From Camelus dromedarius (taxonomy: Eukaryota), in assembly GCF_036321535.1 (NCBI RefSeq), contig NC_087451.1, positions 37,138,001 to 37,202,000 on the forward strand: 64,000 nucleotides of DNA. The letters are read 5' to 3'. The translations under genes were made by a program, and so were the position numbers. How positions within the stretch are numbered: the stretch's first letter is position 1; each line of letters opens with the position of its first letter. A model generated the notes under the pieces. That model worked only from the letters and a program-made list of their open reading frames with translations, did no database searches and was not told the DNA's origin. Below, in pieces: positions 63,025 to 64,000 of the stretch.

Positions 63025-64000
63025 GGACATCAAATGGACACCTAGCTGACCCCTCCAGATCTTTATTATAGCTACAAGGATAATTCCCGAGCCAGATAAA
63101 ATACCTGACATCTCACAAGCAGACAAACAAAAAATCCAGAAAATGGTAACTCTCAAACTGGTTCAAAGTAGACTTCACACTTTGTATTCATATTCCAATC
63201 ACTGTGGCCCAATCTGATTACAATTATCCCTATTGACTGGTCCCCTAAGGTAATTTTTCAGAAACATTACAAGAGGCAAAAATCACATAGGGATCTGCTC
63301 AGAATATCATACAAGGGATGTTTCAATCTGAAAAGTAAACGTCAACAAGTAATATCAAAGTATGTCAAAATTAGCATCCAGTAACAACACAAGGGCAAAC
63401 AAGGGCGGGCTTGGCGGTGGAACAGTGAAAGAATGGGTCCAGCAGGTACGCGAGCCTGGACCAAGGCAGGAGAAATGCCAGGGCTGGCTACGGGCCACCA
63501 ACCAGGATCCTCCTCCCCATACGATCCAGGAATTGCCCCCCACCTGTCCCCAAGAGAAGCTGGGGCCACCTGGAGAAGTCTGACACCCTTAATGCCCCTC
63601 CCCTCAGCTGCTTACTCAGAAAGGACGAAGTCAAGTTTAATTTCCAAGCCTCCCTCAAACGTGGGTATTATCAGGGATTTCCTGTCTCTTCCACCTTCTC
63701 CCTGCTGACCTGCTGATGTTTGAACAGGGGGCTTTGTTTCTTACTCCGTAACTGGTGTCTGAAGACACACATGACAGGAATGCATTCTCATTAATCAATC
63801 AACAAGTAAAAATAGCTGATTTCATCAGATCAACCTTTCTAGTAAAGTCCAGAGGCTCAAATACTGGAAGTATGAGTGGGGCTGGAAGAAGCTGTCATTG
63901 AAGTGGGTACCAGGTCAAGAACTAGAGACGCCATCCACGACTTCTGCAATGTGCCCACAGACAGCCCAATGGGGTAAGTTATGAAAGTCCTTCTGACCCA

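Noticed and set aside
63050-64000. PRKAR1A coding exons at the window end
   Set aside because: No RI-alpha peptide is recognisable on the minus strand; the region looks like 3'UTR or intergenic DNA.

Overview
Mammalian genomic DNA, very probably a camelid: four copies of a tRNA-derived SINE match the camelid vic-1 type, alongside young lineage-specific L1 3' ends. The species cannot be resolved from this window. The window holds the complete coding sequence of FAM20A, the secreted Golgi pseudokinase that activates FAM20C. It lies on the + strand in 11 coding exons from ATG 23074 to TAA 62692 (1629 nt, 542 aa), with a CpG-island promoter and a 27.6 kb first intron. The rest is ordinary repeat-rich intergenic and intronic DNA (MIR, L2, MaLR/ERVL/ERV1 LTRs, hAT MERs, old and young L1) with three N gaps. 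The best observations are: (1) a probable antisense alternative terminal exon of the downstream neighbour PRKAR1A, nested in FAM20A intron 4, with its own acceptor and poly(A) signal; (2) a GC-AG intron 8 with a competing frameshifting GT donor 4 nt downstream; (3) an L1 insertion with a perfect 17-bp TSD that carries about 110-150 nt of 3'-transduced sequence; (4) a symmetric 51-nt exon 3 encoding the FAM20A-specific Cys-containing insert; (5) a roughly 48-nt L1 tip with a 20-bp TSD next to a p53/p63-like element made by a 10-bp tandem duplication. I found no evidence of a wholly new class of biological system. Repeat family names and all human comparisons come from recall, not from database searches, and repeat boundaries without a TSD are approximate.
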